Of a stretch of 64,000 nt of DNA, positions 37,331 through 50,521 are shown piece after piece (positions within the stretch are counted from its first letter, which is position 1; each line of letters opens with the position of its first letter). The notes beneath the pieces were generated by a model. It saw only the letters and a program-made list of their open reading frames with translations. It was not told the DNA's origin and made no database searches. Source of the stretch: Guillardia theta CCMP2712 (Eukaryota > Protista > Cryptophyta); assembly GCF_000315625.1 (NCBI RefSeq), contig NW_005434624.1, positions 272,991-336,990 on the forward strand. The letters are read 5' to 3'. The translations under genes were made by a program, and so were the position numbers.

Positions 37331-38259
37331 TCAACCAGAGCCGTGGCAACTGGCCTCTAGGAAACATTTAAAAATCCCTGAAATAAGGATGGGTGGGGTG
37401 GGATCAGGGCAACAGGGGGGACTACCCTACCCCCTATTTGTCAAAGCACTAGCAGAGAAGGACCCGGTGGCTTCATTCTTGTACCAAACCCAGAAACACA
37501 GTACACCATGAATTTGAATCAGGTACAAAATACCTTCGAACATTTGTATTGAATTTCTAATTCTTTTCTACTGTGTTTCCAATTTATATTTGTTTTATGA
37601 TTATCCGTATCCTTCTAAAACGTTTTCGCAGCCTTAAAACATGTCGTCTGTTAAAAGTTTCGAGGGGAGTGGGGTGGTCTTGAAGGTTACCGCCCATGAC
37701 AATTCAAATACCCCACCCCCTATTACTAGATGATAATGGGGGTAAAAGGGTGCTTCTGTGCGAGGGCAAGTACCCGTATATGAGCAGTCAAAAGTACCGG
37801 TCATTAAAAGCGCTAATCAGTAATCCTGGAATTTCATATACCGGTGCAGCCCCCTGAATCCCAATATGCCGCTAGCAGCTTAATACCACTTGACTTATTT
37901 GACCGTTTTGGGTATCACACTTTTTCTTCGTGACTTTTTTGACGTATTACACTTTTCCTTCGTGACTCAACTATGAACAACTGCCTTCTTATCTCTATCA
38001 CTTTCCCTTATCATTCTCGTCAGGCTTTCACATGATTTCAGCAAGGGGGCGGAAAGGCATGGCGCAGCCTTGCCGCGGGAGCTTGCTCCCCCCTTGGTGA
38101 CCAATGGCCGTTCTTCCCTTCTGCCGTTCTGCCGTCTGCACAGTGGTCCCGGAGCACTGCGGCACCCAACCGATGACCTGAACCGAATAAAAAGAAAACA
38201 ATCATCATTGATGAAACTTGCCGTTCTGCACAGTGCTCTTTGAGCACACCGTGGCAGGT

Positions 38260-38443
38260 GTGGAGGGTGGAGGGTTTGATTTTGCTCCTCTTAAATATTT
38301 TTTGATTTTCCCCAATTCAACTTTCAACCCTCCACACCCTCCAAACCCTCCACACCCTCCACACAACCCCTTTCTCTATTACCATTTCACTCTTCAAATA
38401 TATGTGGAAGGTTTGTGGAGGGTTCCTTTTATTGTGGAGGGTT
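38260..38443. repeat. Cluster of direct and inverted GTGGAGGG/CCCTCCAC motifs with AT-rich spacers
   Basis: About nine exact or near-exact copies in three blocks of alternating orientation. Confidence 0.8.
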
Positions 38444-38593
38444 TATGCTAGGATGCATGCCTACTATTAATCTTTCTTCTCCATCCATTCAATCGCTGTG
38501 TGCCACATGTCACCTTATACATCATCCACTGAGTGAATGCTCTACATTTGTCCAACACCCCTATATATATAACTATACCCTTTAAGGTATTAA

Positions 38594-38682
38594 GGCATCC
38601 TGGCCTAGTCGTCATATCCTTTTTCCTAGCCCATACAGTCCCCGGTTCGATTCCCACGATTCCCACCGACTCAAAAAAAAAA
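38594..38682 (+). other. tRNA-like sequence (Pol III A and B boxes) followed by an A-run
   Basis: TGGCCTAGTCG (38601) and GGTTCGATTCC (38644) at tRNA-like spacing. No convincing cloverleaf; internal T5. Confidence 0.4.
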
Positions 38683-38911
38683 CAATGACCTCTGACCTGC
38701 CTAGGCGGGCCCGTACGCACTAATAAAAACAATTCCAAAAGGGCAGCACTTAACCAATAGGGTCGCGAGTAGTATAAATAAGGCCCGGTAGAGGCACCCC
38801 AAAAGTAGAGGGGGGGTTCCGGGGGTAGCTTCCAGGTCTGCTATGCGTTACCTCTTTTTTTTACGTTACTAACCTCCAACGTAAACTACTTTTCAAAAAG
38901 GGGGGTCTACT

Positions 38912-39159
38912 TTACCCCCCCCTCTACCTATTCTATAAATGAATATACTATATATTTTATTATTTTTTCTTATCAAAATAGTAATAATAATAATATCTTT
39001 AATAAAAAAAGAGAGAGTAAAAGATAAGCTGGTAGAGGGGGGGGGAAAGTAGAGGGGGGGTTTGTAAAAGTATTGCACAAATTTTTAAAAGTAATTATAA
39101 AACCTTAGAGCTGAAAGACTTATGCCAAAGGGGGGGTCTACTTTACCCCCCCCTCTACC
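38912..39159. repeat. ~250-bp inverted repeat, left copy (GTAGAGGGGGGG iterons around an AT-rich core)
   Basis: Near-exact reverse complement of 62074-62330. Confidence 0.93.
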
Positions 39160-39248
39160 AGCCTATCGTTTCTATTATTCTTTTGGTTAAGCTTTTGCTT
39201 GCGTAGCAAGATAAAAGGTTATTATTCTTTTTCTCTCCAAAAATCAAA

Positions 39249-39488
39249 ATGAATAAAGATATCTATATGAAACAATACAGAAAATATAAACGTGATTATA
39301 TTAACTATATACAGGACATTCTTCTTAAAATACTACGCGATGATAAAGCATTATCCACGCTCTTAAATGCTAATCTTATTACTCAAGATGATATAGAATA
39401 CCTTAAAACGCATAAAGAAACCGCTAGAGCTTTAAAACAAACTTCTGGAATATTGATAATACATAACCCTGTCAAACTTATATTTTAA
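39249..39488 (+). CDS. PLV hypothetical protein (79 aa)
   Basis: Clean ATG ORF in AAAATG context directly inside the left IR. Confidence 0.6.
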   Translation: MNKDIYMKQYRKYKRDYINYIQDILLKILRDDKALSTLLNANLITQDDIEYLKTHKETARALKQTSGILIIHNPVKLIF

Positions 39489-39510
39489 TATTTTAATTAA
39501 TAAAATAGAC

Positions 39511-42500
39511 ATGGCATGTAATAATAATAATCATCAACCATATCAATACATAGGCAATAACAATCAAACCACATTGCAGCCTGAATTAGATGCCATTAAT
39601 GCTGATATTACTGTTTTATATGGGAATGTAAATGTGCTCAATGATGAGGTCACACTCCTATTTCAACAAACAAACGCTCTTGAAATTAAAACCATTGAAA
39701 CTAGCAATAACTTGATTGAAACTAATGATTTGCTAATAGAAACTAGTAATTACTTGATAGAAACAAACGATATCTTATTTAATACATCAAATGATGTTCT
39801 TGATTTACAGACACTTATAAAATTTAAACCAGACACTAATGAAACTGTAATTACAAACAATGATAGAAATATATTATATGTCAAATATCAGACTAACCCT
39901 ATAAATATATCATTAAATTCACACTTGAAAATGGNNNNNNNNNNNNNNNNNNNNNNNNNNNNNNNNNNNNNNNNNNNNNNNNNNNNNNNNNNNNNNNNNN
40001 NNNNNNNNNNNNNNNNNNNNNNNNNNNNNNNNNNCATTTATTACAATTCAACAGATTAAACAACAATTAGATGATTTAAACAACAATGCTGCCGCGCAAG
40101 AAACCGCAAATGCTGCCCAATCCTTAGAAGATTTGGACGATACGGCTGAAAATGGTTTTAATTTATTCAATGGCTTGGGTGAAATTGTTAAGGGAGTCTT
40201 GCAATTGGAACGGGCTTCATTGGGGGATTGATAGCGTCAGGAACAAACACCTCAAAAGCTGATGGCCTGTTTATTCTCTCGTGGATTAATATTTTACGAT
40301 TATCATTGGGTGTTGTTATATCGGTTCTTGAAGATGAGGTTATAAATACTAAATTACAAGGTAGAGTTATTAAAATATATTCTAGGAATCTTACAGATGG
40401 TCAAAAGCTTGATTTAGTCCCTAATCAGGCATTTATATATGACGACACTTATAAAACTCTTGTCATTGATGGACAAGAACAAACCGTTTTAGACGAAAGA
40501 AATATTCTTTTTCAAGGTGAAGAAGTAATAACATTAGGCAATGAATTGACACAACAAGAATTGGATGAATATATTTTTGGGATTAATAATGAAAACCTTA
40601 AAGAATACAAGATTGTATTTAAAGGAAAAACTTTTTTTATTGATGATGTTATCATACCTAATGTCTATAACAAATATGAGACAGATATATCCATTAAAAA
40701 TACATCTAACATATTATATGATTATATATATGAAGAGTCTAATATACTATATGACAAAATATATGAAGAATCAAATGTATTATACAATCATATAAGAACA
40801 AAACATACAGCAAGCACACTTATAAACGACATCAATCCGGGATTCATAGGCAATCTTTATTTCAATGACAATCAAGAATGGGAAATATCAAGAGATTTTT
40901 ACACAAGACAGCAGGGATTGGATACATTTTTATCATATCAAAATCTGGCAAGCTCTAACTTTCTTAAAACTGATGTCTATACAAGTTATCTCAATAGCTC
41001 TAACTTTCTTAAAACTGATACCTACACAAACTTTATCAACAGTTCAAATTATGTCAATCAAACCCAAATGGCAAATCAATTTGCTCTAATTGGCGAATCA
41101 TTCACAACAAAAAAGCTTACTGTTACGGGTCCTGATAGTCTATATATAGCCGATATCTTCCTTAAATTACAGGGAAATCAATTGATACCACCAAATCTTA
41201 TTAAAAATCAATTGAATGATACATACACAGTCACTTATGATAATTGGGACTTTTGGAGTGGTGGTTCTCCCTATGAAACAGTGCCAACATATCCAGCACA
41301 AGATAGGGAATGGGTAAGGTATTCTTTCGCTAATAGAACAACTGCCATCCCAGACAATTTTTATATCGAATGTTTTGACATTAGTTTTACGAATAAATTC
41401 TCTATCTATTTTTATTATCAATTTATACCTAGTACAAATGTTATGAACCGCAAATATTACAGCGGCAAATACAATCTTTTCAATTACTATTTAGGTGGTT
41501 TAACGACCGAGAATATACCTAATAATAGAGGGTTTATTTGTTATCTAGATTATCAAATAACACAAGATGGCTCGCTAAATATTACCAACATATCTCTTGA
41601 TTTAGTGTTTGAGATATATTATAAGAATACAAACAATGTTTTAAGCTACGAGAAGAAGACCATAAATATAAATGAATTTGCTTATGTTTATCCAAATATT
41701 GGCGGCCCTGTTTTTAGTGTTCAAAATAGTCGCATCGCTGAACTAAATTTTTATTGCTTTGTTCTCCGTGAAGATGGAACCATATTTTATACAATACGCA
41801 ATCAATTTGAATTGAAGATTGAGGGGACAACGCAAATAACAAATTTTAAAGAGTTATATAATGTCAATGATAATAATCATTTTAGAATAATAGACCACGA
41901 GCAAGGGCCAACAGGTCAAGAGGCTATAAATTATTCTAATAAACTTGATTTAATAGCAATAAGCAAATCTATATCTTGGACACTTGAGACCATAAATCTA
42001 TTTTGGACTGAGAACAAGTATTCTGATGCTATCAATCAGATATTTAACAACGATTTATCGGCAAAGATTAGCGGTAAATTAGAGGTTGATTTTATAGATA
42101 TTAAAAGGGGTAATCTTAGCGTTATAGATTTGAGCACGCAAACGGTTGTAGCTCAAAACATGTCTGTGCAAAATGTTGATATATCAACAGTTGCCACAAG
42201 CCTTATCACAAGTGGTGGAGTTGGTAGGAGGAGTTTATCTCTAGGAGGAACAACGGCAGTCACAAAGGTGACTGATATATATGATGACCAAAATAGAACC
42301 GGAATTGTTAAGATAGCATATGATAATACAACACAACAAAACATATCAACAATAGAAAATTTTCAATTAAACTTTACAAATACAAAAGACGGGAATGTTT
42401 CAATTACATTAGATAATTATAATGATGTTAACATTGCCTTGCCTGATGGTATAGCAGGGCCACAAGGCGCAACACAACCAATTATAATANNNNNNNNNNN

Positions 42501-45500
42501 NNNNNNNNNNNNNNNNNNNNNNNNNNNNNNNNNNNNNNNNNNNNNNNNNNNNNNNNNNNNNNNNNNNNNNNNNNNNNNNNNNNNNNNNNNNNNNNNNNNN
42601 NNNNNNNNNNNNNNNNNNNNNNNNNNNNNNNNNNNNNNNNNNNNNNNNNNNNNNNNNNNNNNNNNNNNNNNNNNNNNNNNNNNNNNNNNNNNNNNNNNNA
42701 AACAAATGATGTGTCAATATATGACCACATTCAAATAGAGACATATAATCAAACAAATACAGCTTTATATTTAACGTTATCAAATAGAACTGTATCAATT
42801 AATTTCCAAGATAAGTTCTATGATAATGTTATAATAAATACCGATGCTTATAATTTTCAATATTCTAGCAGTGGTACTAGTTATTTAAACCCTAGTATCG
42901 AATATACTGGTCCAATTCCTGATATAGCTTGGTACAAATTTGATGATTCTTTGGCTGATACTTTATCCCTAAAACCTGATGTACAAATAGCTTATGGCGG
43001 TCATTCATTTGCGTCTCATACAGTNNNNNNNNNNNNNNNNNNNNNNNNNNNNNNNNNNNNNNNNNNNNNNNNNNNNNNNNNNNNNNNNNNNNNNNNNNNN
43101 NNNNNNNNNNNNNNNNNNNNNNNNNNNNNNNNNNNNNNNNNNNNNNNNNNNNNNNNNNNNNNNNNNNNNNNNNNNNNNNNNNNNNNNNNNNNNNNNNNNN
43201 NNNNNNNNNNNNNNNNNNNNNNNNNNNNNNNNNNNNNNNNNNNNNNNNNNNNNNNNNNNNNNNNNNNNNNNNNNNNNNNNNNNNNNNNNNNNNNNNNNNN
43301 NNNNNNNNNNNNNNNNNNNNNNNNNNNNNNNNNNNNNNNNNNNNNNNNNNNNNNNNNNNNNNNNNNNNNNNNNNNNNNNNNNNNNNNNNNNNNNNNNNNN
43401 NNNNNNNNNNNNNNNNNNNNNNNNNNNNNNNNNNNNNNNNNNNNNNNNNNNNNNNNNNNNNNNNNNNNNNNNNNNNNNNNNNNNNNNNNNNNNNNNNNNN
43501 NNNNNNNNNNNNNNNNNNNNNNNNNNNNNNNNNNNNNNNNNNNNNNNNNNNNNNNNNNNNNNNNNNNNNNNNNNNNNNNNNNNNNNNNNNNNNNNNNNNN
43601 NNNNNNNNNNNNNNNNNNNNNNNNNNNNNNNNNNNNNNNNNNNNNNNNNNNNNNNNNNNNNNNNNNNNNNNNNNNNNNNNNNNNNNNNNNNNNNNNNNNN
43701 NNNNNNNNNNNNNNNNNNNNNNNNNNNNNNNNNNNNNNNNNNNNNNNNNNNNNNNNNNNNNNNNNNNNNNNNNNNNNNNNNNNNNNNNNNNNNNNNNNNN
43801 NNNNNNNNNNNNNNNNNNNNNNNNNNNNNNNNNNNNNNNNNNNNNNNNNNNNNNNNNNNNNNNNNNNNNNNNNNNNNNNNNNNNNNNNNNNNNNNNNNNN
43901 NNNNNNNNNNNNNNNNNNNNNNNNNNNNNNNNNNNNNNNNNNNNNNNNNNNNNNNNNNNNNNNNNNNNNNNNNNNNNNNNNNNNNNNNNNNNNNNNNNNN
44001 NNNNNNNNNNNGGTAATTTTCAAAGTTTGCAATCGTACTATCAAGATTTAAGATTTTTTAATAGAGAATTGACTCAGAATGAAGTAAGAGATATAATTGG
44101 ATATAATGGTGTTGGTTCATTGAGCGTTAAAGAGACAATTCTTCCATATACTAATGCCGAGATTGAAAATAAGATTGATAACAAGATAGATAATATTGTT
44201 ATTCCAACAGGTTATTCAGATATAAACACAGCGGCCTACCTTGATTCTATAAACAATGCTTTGATAAGTGACATTCCGACATCATTTGATTATGATACTC
44301 AAATAACTGGAAAGCCTGATTTATTTACATCAGATAATCAATATATAAGAGATGTTACATCAGATTTTAATGTGTCAGCTGTTGGACAATTAAGTCTCAC
44401 AAACAGCTATGTGACCAATACAAACCTTACAAGCACGCTAGGAAGCTATGTGACATCTTCAAGTCTAAACAGCACACTAGGAAGCTATGTGACCAATACA
44501 AATCTTACAAGCACACTAGGAAGCTATGTGACCTCTACAAACCTTACAAGCACACTAGGCAGCTATGTGACCAATACAAATCTGACAAGCACGCTAGGAA
44601 GCTATGTGACATCTTCAAGTCTAAACAGCACACTAGAAAGCTATGTGACCAATACTAACCTTACAAGCACGCTAGGAAGCTATGTGACCAATACAAACCT
44701 TACAAACACGTTATCAAGTTATGTAACCTCTACAAACCTTACAAGCACGTTATCAAGTTATGTAACCTCTACAATCCTTACAAGCACACTAGGCAGCTAT
44801 GTGACATCTTCAAGTCTGACAAGCACGCTAGGCGGCTATGTTACATCTTCAAGTCTGACAAGCACTTTGACACCTTATCTTTTGTCAGAAAATGAATATA
44901 TTAAACTTGTATCAGCAGATTTTAGTGTAAGCAATGGCTTACTATCATTCACTGGGGGATTAGCGACTAGCGGCGGTTTAGCTTCAAAATGGACAAAGGT
45001 AGATAACAATATATATTATAATACCGGTAACGTTGGAATAGGTATTATCCCTGATAATAATTACAAATTACAGATTGAAGGAAATATTTATGCAAATGGT
45101 ATTGAAATAGGATTAAAGGATAATGATGGCGCACAATTACCTAAGATATTTCACGATAAATATTTGGTTCTTGGTGTCAAACAAACAAATGACAATTATA
45201 TATTTATTTCTAATGATACAACTTGGGGAAATAAGGTTGTGATTAATAGTACAGACTGGGGATATATTAGTTGGTACAATACAACACGGATAAAATGGAA
45301 TAGTCAAGGTGTTTATATATATGGTCCTAATTTACAATTCAACGATGTTCCTATATCAGGTAATACAATAACATCTGTTAGTTCAAGTTTTAAGCTTGTA
45401 GATGGTGAGCTAAACTTTAATAACAATACTTATTATGATTTATTAGTTTCTAAAGTATTAAGAATATATGATTCAGAGGTCAGCCGTGGCTTGAGTTCAA

Positions 45501-47908
45501 ACGCGGGGCATCTTCATTAGACCCTATTGGCACAAACATACAAGATTATAGAATCGGGACAGGTGTTACTAACATTGCACTCAATTTCTTTGGGATAGAA
45601 TCTAAANNNNNNNNNNNNNNNNNNNNNNNNNNNNNNNNNNNNNNNNNNNNNNNNNNNNNNNNNNNNNNNNNNNNNNNNNNNNNNNNNNNNNNNNNNNNNN
45701 NNNNNNTAATCCTTTGACTGTAAATCCTTATGATAGCTTAGTATCTAACCCTTGTGTAGGCATAAATAATGTAAATCCGCAAGCGCCTCTACATGTCGGA
45801 AATAGCAGCGTTGCAAACACGGACGGTCATATTATACTTTCTAGAAATCTAAATAGCACTGGTGTAGATTTCAGAATTGGCCTCAACACTAATCTTGATT
45901 TTGTTATTGGAAAATATGGGGCCAATAATATTCGTGATNNNNNNNNNNNNNNNNNNNNNNNNNNNNNNNNNNNNNNNNNNNNNNNNNNNNNNNNNNNNNN
46001 NNNNNNNNNNNNNNNNNNNNNNNNNNNNNNNNNNNNNNNNNNNNNNNNNNNNNNNNNNNNNNNNNNNNNNNNNNNNNNNNNNNNNNNNNNNNNNNNNNNN
46101 NNNNNNNNNNNNNNNNNNNNNNNNNNNNNNNNNNNNNNNNNNNNNNNNNNNAATTGTCGTTGTGCTATTGGATTTAATCACTCTATATATAGAGGTCAAT
46201 ATGCATCGCAAGCCATAGGGGTTATACAAAGAAGCTTTAACAGTTATGGACTTGGTGATATGTATTTTATGCTTAGAAATAATGATAATCAAGTTGATTG
46301 CCAAGCTGCTACAGACACAAAAATGAAAATAAGTTATGATGGCACTGTAAGCATTGCTACAACAACAACTAATACAGCTTATAAACTTGATGTTAATGGT
46401 ATTATAAACTGTACTGATTTATNNNNNNNNNNNNNNNNNNNNNNNNNNNNNNNNNNNNNNNNNNNNNNNNNNNNNNNNNNNNNNNNNNNNNNNNNNNNNN
46501 NNNNNNNNNNNNNNNNNNNNNNNNNNNNNNNNNNNNNNNNNNNNCCAACTACCAACTATCAAGATTTTAATGGGCTCCCAAATTTTGGATTTCATTATGT
46601 AAATGGTCCCACCCCCTTAAATTCTCCTCCAAATAATCCGAATGAGACTGAATTTTATGTGTGTAACATTGGCAGCGGTTATAATTATAATGGTGACTCG
46701 TCTTATGGCTTACAAATTGCTTATCCTGCTAATGTAGGCAGCGCAAGCAGTAACCCTTATACATATATAAATTTTAGGCATAAATGGAACAATGTATGGC
46801 AACCTTGGAAGAGGTTTTCTGCATTATATGCTGAAACAGCAGGAAGTGCAAACACAGCAAACACAGCAAACACAGCAAACTCAGCAAATTATGCTACGAC
46901 AGCGGGCGGCATATCTATTCCTCAAGGACAGATTTTCAATATCAATGGTGGATTATCTATTACAAGTGGCAATGCAACTTTAAGCAATGGGAACAATTCA
47001 AAAATATTATTCGGTCCTTCATCATTAGGAGGTTACCTATCGATTGGGGCTGGGACTGATTCTAGAACTGCTGAACGTGCTCAAATCCTTGTCAATACTG
47101 GAGATTTGTATATTGATTGTGGCACTAATAAAACTTTATACTTAAACTATTATTCTAGCGGACGGTATATAAATTTTTATGGCCCTATCGCTGGCAATTC
47201 TGTTATTTCAACGACAAGTTATATATCTGCCAATCAATATATCACATCAGGCACTGAAATCATAGCAGGGACCAATATGAAATGCACAGTGCTTAATACA
47301 AATCAAATAACTTTACCTAGAGATTATAGTGGGAATTATGATACGAATAAATGGAAAATTTATCTACTTAGTGGTGGTGCTGGTTTAGGAGGGACAAGCG
47401 CAGCAAATGATTTAATGTTCCAATATGGAAATTATGACGATGTCGGGGAGCAATGGCTCCGAAATAATGACAATGGCAATGACGATTTAGATTTCACAGG
47501 TTCGCATAGGTGTATAGCTGAGACCTCAAACTTACTCGATGATATAACTTCAAACATTGATTATTATCAGGGTATGCTCGTATCAACAACCGGATATTAT
47601 CAAGACCTCAACAGAATTGATAATGATTTTAGTTCAAATATAAGAATTGATAGTTCCCTACCAATCATAAAAATAACAGAGTATGAAAAAGATAAATCAG
47701 TATATGGTGTTATCTCAAACGTAGAAGAAGGAGATAAGAGAATATATAAGACTGGCAATTGGCATTATGCGTACAAGAAGCTTGACGGTCATCGTGTAAT
47801 GATTAACGCAGTAGGAGAGGGTGCGATATGGGTAACGAATTATAACAACATACAAAAAATAGAAAATGGCGATTATCTTTGCTCATCACCTGTTAAGGGT
47901 TATAGCAT
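39511..47908 (+). CDS. Giant fibre/spike-like virion protein, probably one gene broken by gaps and frameshifts
   Basis: Collinear + ORFs: TSN coiled-coil repeats; LamG-like ends (IAWYKFDDSL..DLRFFNRELT); 13-aa repeats; GNVGIG/VGINNVNPQAPLHV fibre motifs; WNNVWQPWKR; C-terminal FTGSHRC..INAVGEGAIWV..ENGDYLCSS. Apparent frameshifts at ~40195 and ~45490. Confidence 0.7.
44405..44870 (+). repeat. 39-bp coding tandem repeat (SYVTNTNLTSTLG), ~12 copies
   Basis: Visible in the DNA and in the translation of ORF 44027-45520. Confidence 0.95.
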
Positions 47909-48742
47909 NNNNNNNNNNNNNNNNNNNNNNNNNNNNNNNNNNNNNNNNNNNNNNNNNNNNNNNNNNNNNNNNNNNNNNNNNNNNNNNNNNNNNNNNNNNN
48001 NNNNNNNNNNNNNNNNNNNNNNNNNNNNNNNNNNNNNNNNNNNNNNNNNNNNNNNNNNNNNNNNNNNNNNNNNNNNNNNNNNNNNNNNNNNNNNNNNNNN
48101 NNNNNNNNNNNNNNNNNNNNNNNNNNNNNNNNNNNNNNNNNNNNNNNNNNNNNNNNNNNNNNNNNNNNNNNNNNNNNNNNNNNNNNNNNNNNNNNNNNNN
48201 NNNNNNNNNNNNNNNNNNNNNNNNNNNNNNNNNNNNNNNNNNNNNNNNNNNNNNNNNNNNNNNNNNNNNNNNNNNNNNNNNNNNNNNNNNNNNNNNNNNN
48301 NNNNNNNNNNNNNNNNNNNNNNNNNNNNNNNNNNNNNNNNNNNNNNNNNNNNNNNNNNNNNNNNNNNNNNNNNNNNNNNNNNNNNNNNNNNNNNNNNNNN
48401 NNNNNNNNNNNNNNNNNNNNNNNNNNNNNNNNNNNNNNNNNNNNNNNNNNNNNNNNNNNNNNNNNNNNNNNNNNNNNNNNNNNNNNNNNNNNNNNNNNNN
48501 NNNNNNNNNNNNNNNNNNNNNNNNNNNNNNNNNNNNNNNNNNNNNNNNNNNNNNNNNNNNNNNNNNNNNNNNNNNNNNNNNNNNNNNNNNNNNNNNNNNN
48601 NNNNNNNNNNNNNNNNNNNNNNNNNNNNNNNNNNNNNNNNNNNNNNNNNNNNNNNNNNNNNNNNNNNNNNNNNNNNNNNNNNNNNNNNNNNNNNNNNNNN
48701 NNNNNNNNNNNNNNNNNNNNNNNNNNNNNNNNNNNNNNNNNN

Positions 48743-49458
48743 CACCACCACCACCAGCAGCAGCAGCTCCTACAACACCACCACCAGCAGCAGCAGCAGC
48801 TCCTACAACACCACCACCACCAGCAGCAGCAGCTCCTACAACACCACCTGCGGCACAAGCAGGCATGACACCTCCCCCATCACCACCTGGAAATAGGACT
48901 GGTTTAACAATTACTATACCATCGCCTCAACAACAGCAGCAGCAAAATCTTTTACAAACTGCCGCGCAATCTGGTTTATCATTTACTATGGGAGCTGCCT
49001 CTAATAAACCACCATCTTCGCCTACTGGTGCTTCAGCTGCTTCATCAAATATATTGTCAACAGCGCCAACTACTCAAGGCGCTCAGCCTGCTGTTCCTCA
49101 AACACCTGCACAATCAACAACAAGCACAGCACCACCATCACCACCTAGCAGCAATATCAAATACTTCAAATCATATGATGAGCTTATTGCTAGACATCCT
49201 CGTTTTAAAATACCTGATAATTTAACACCAGGAGAGAAAAAATCATATAAGAATTTTATTAATTCTTTGATTAATCCCCCTAAATCAGGAACTAGTGCTG
49301 GATTCGGTGACATCCCTGCAAAATATAGCAGGGCTGAAACTATAGAAAAATACAACTTGTGGCCTCTATTAAAAAGAGCCGTTAAAAAAGGAATTATTGT
49401 AGATGAAACAACTATGGTGTATTACACAAAATTGTTAAAAGATAAAAAAATGTTATAA
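48743..49458 (+). CDS. PLV Pro/Ala/Thr-rich protein, C-terminal part (start in gap)
   Basis: PPPAAAAPTT repeats then a basic globular C-terminus. Its stop overlaps the convergent gene's stop (TTATAA, 49453-49458). Confidence 0.7.
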
Positions 49459-50214
49459 TTTTATGGAAGCCATTAATAATTTATCTATCCCGGTATTTGA
49501 AACTGGATTTACATTTCTTTTTATATCTGCCTCACCAGAGGCATAATTCACTGTGTCTTCATCATAATCATATACTATCATTCTAAGGCTCCATTCAGTG
49601 CCTTTTACTAAGCCTAGATTATTTAATTCTGTGTTTGCGCCACCAGTAGTATAAACATATCTTGTATTAAAACTTATTACGACTTCATTATTACTAAAAT
49701 CGGTTGACCTCAAATCTGTTGAGTTCATATCTAAATTATCATTCTTAAATTCATACATTAATGCATCTCTATTTCTTGTGGTCACTACCTCAGCCGCTCC
49801 ATCATGATATACATATGTATCTGAATTATCTTGTGTTAAGAAATGTGTTGTTAATATATCAAAATCACCCTTGTTATTTGTTGAAAATTGATTCTTTACT
49901 GAGATTGATTGAGTATATACTCTCAGCTTATATAGATTATAGTTATCTTGTACTGTAGGAAATGGGGGTTGTGCTCCAGCGGCTGGAATAGGCCATATAG
50001 TCGTTGTTTTCAATGCCCCTTTAAATTTAAAATTATCTATAACAATCTTAGCATTTCTGCTGAATTGAAATGGTATATTTAATTTACATCTATAATTATT
50101 ATAAAACTCTACAGGATTCCCTTGGGCAGCTGTATGTTGTGTTGTTTCAAATTCAGTAACATCATTTGAATTTAAATTTATAATAGCTTTGTTCTTCAAC
50201 TTCCAGTATGACAT
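49453..50214 (-). CDS. Probable second minor capsid (single jelly-roll-like) protein
   Basis: IINLNSND..YRCKLNIPFQF..AKIVIDNF at the N-terminus and VVISFN..WSLRMIVY near the end mirror the beta-strand pattern of 59959-60822. Confidence 0.55.
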   Translation of the reverse strand: MSYWKLKNKAIINLNSNDVTEFETTQHTAAQGNPVEFYNNYRCKLNIPFQFSRNAKIVIDNFKFKGALKTTTIWPIPAAGAQPPFPTVQDNYNLYKLRVYTQSISVKNQFSTNNKGDFDILTTHFLTQDNSDTYVYHDGAAEVVTTRNRDALMYEFKNDNLDMNSTDLRSTDFSNNEVVISFNTRYVYTTGGANTELNNLGLVKGTEWSLRMIVYDYDEDTVNYASGEADIKRNVNPVSNTGIDKLLMASIKL

Positions 50215-50239
50215 TTATATTAAAGATATAAAATATTTT

Positions 50240-50521
50240 TTACACCTCTTCTGTAGTGCTAGTTATACCCTCAAACACTTCATCCTTAAAATAACTCTTT
50301 TGTAACTCTTCTCCTTTCGCTAAATCTATATTATGATTCATTAAATAATGTACTACAATAAGATGAGCAAAATAATCATCTAAATCTGGGTATTCTCTCT
50401 TACACTGGTCAAAAAATTGTTTGTATTTATCAATGTCATAAGGTAGTTTCTCTTCAATCACTTCTGTTTGCTCGTTCTGTTGTTCGCTTGGCTTACTGCC
50501 GACCGTTTGAGGCTGTTCCAT
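50240..50521 (-). CDS. PLV hypothetical acidic protein (93 aa)
   Basis: Clean ORF overlapping the ATPase 3' end. Confidence 0.65.
   Translation of the reverse strand: MEQPQTVGSKPSEQQNEQTEVIEEKLPYDIDKYKQFFDQCKREYPDLDDYFAHLIVVHYLMNHNIDLAKGEELQKSYFKDEVFEGITSTTEEV

Noticed and set aside
38138-38235. Two CACAGTG (RSS/Transib-like heptamers)
   Set aside because: Wrong orientation to be the right end of the 35-37 kb relic; no partner TIR or TSD found.
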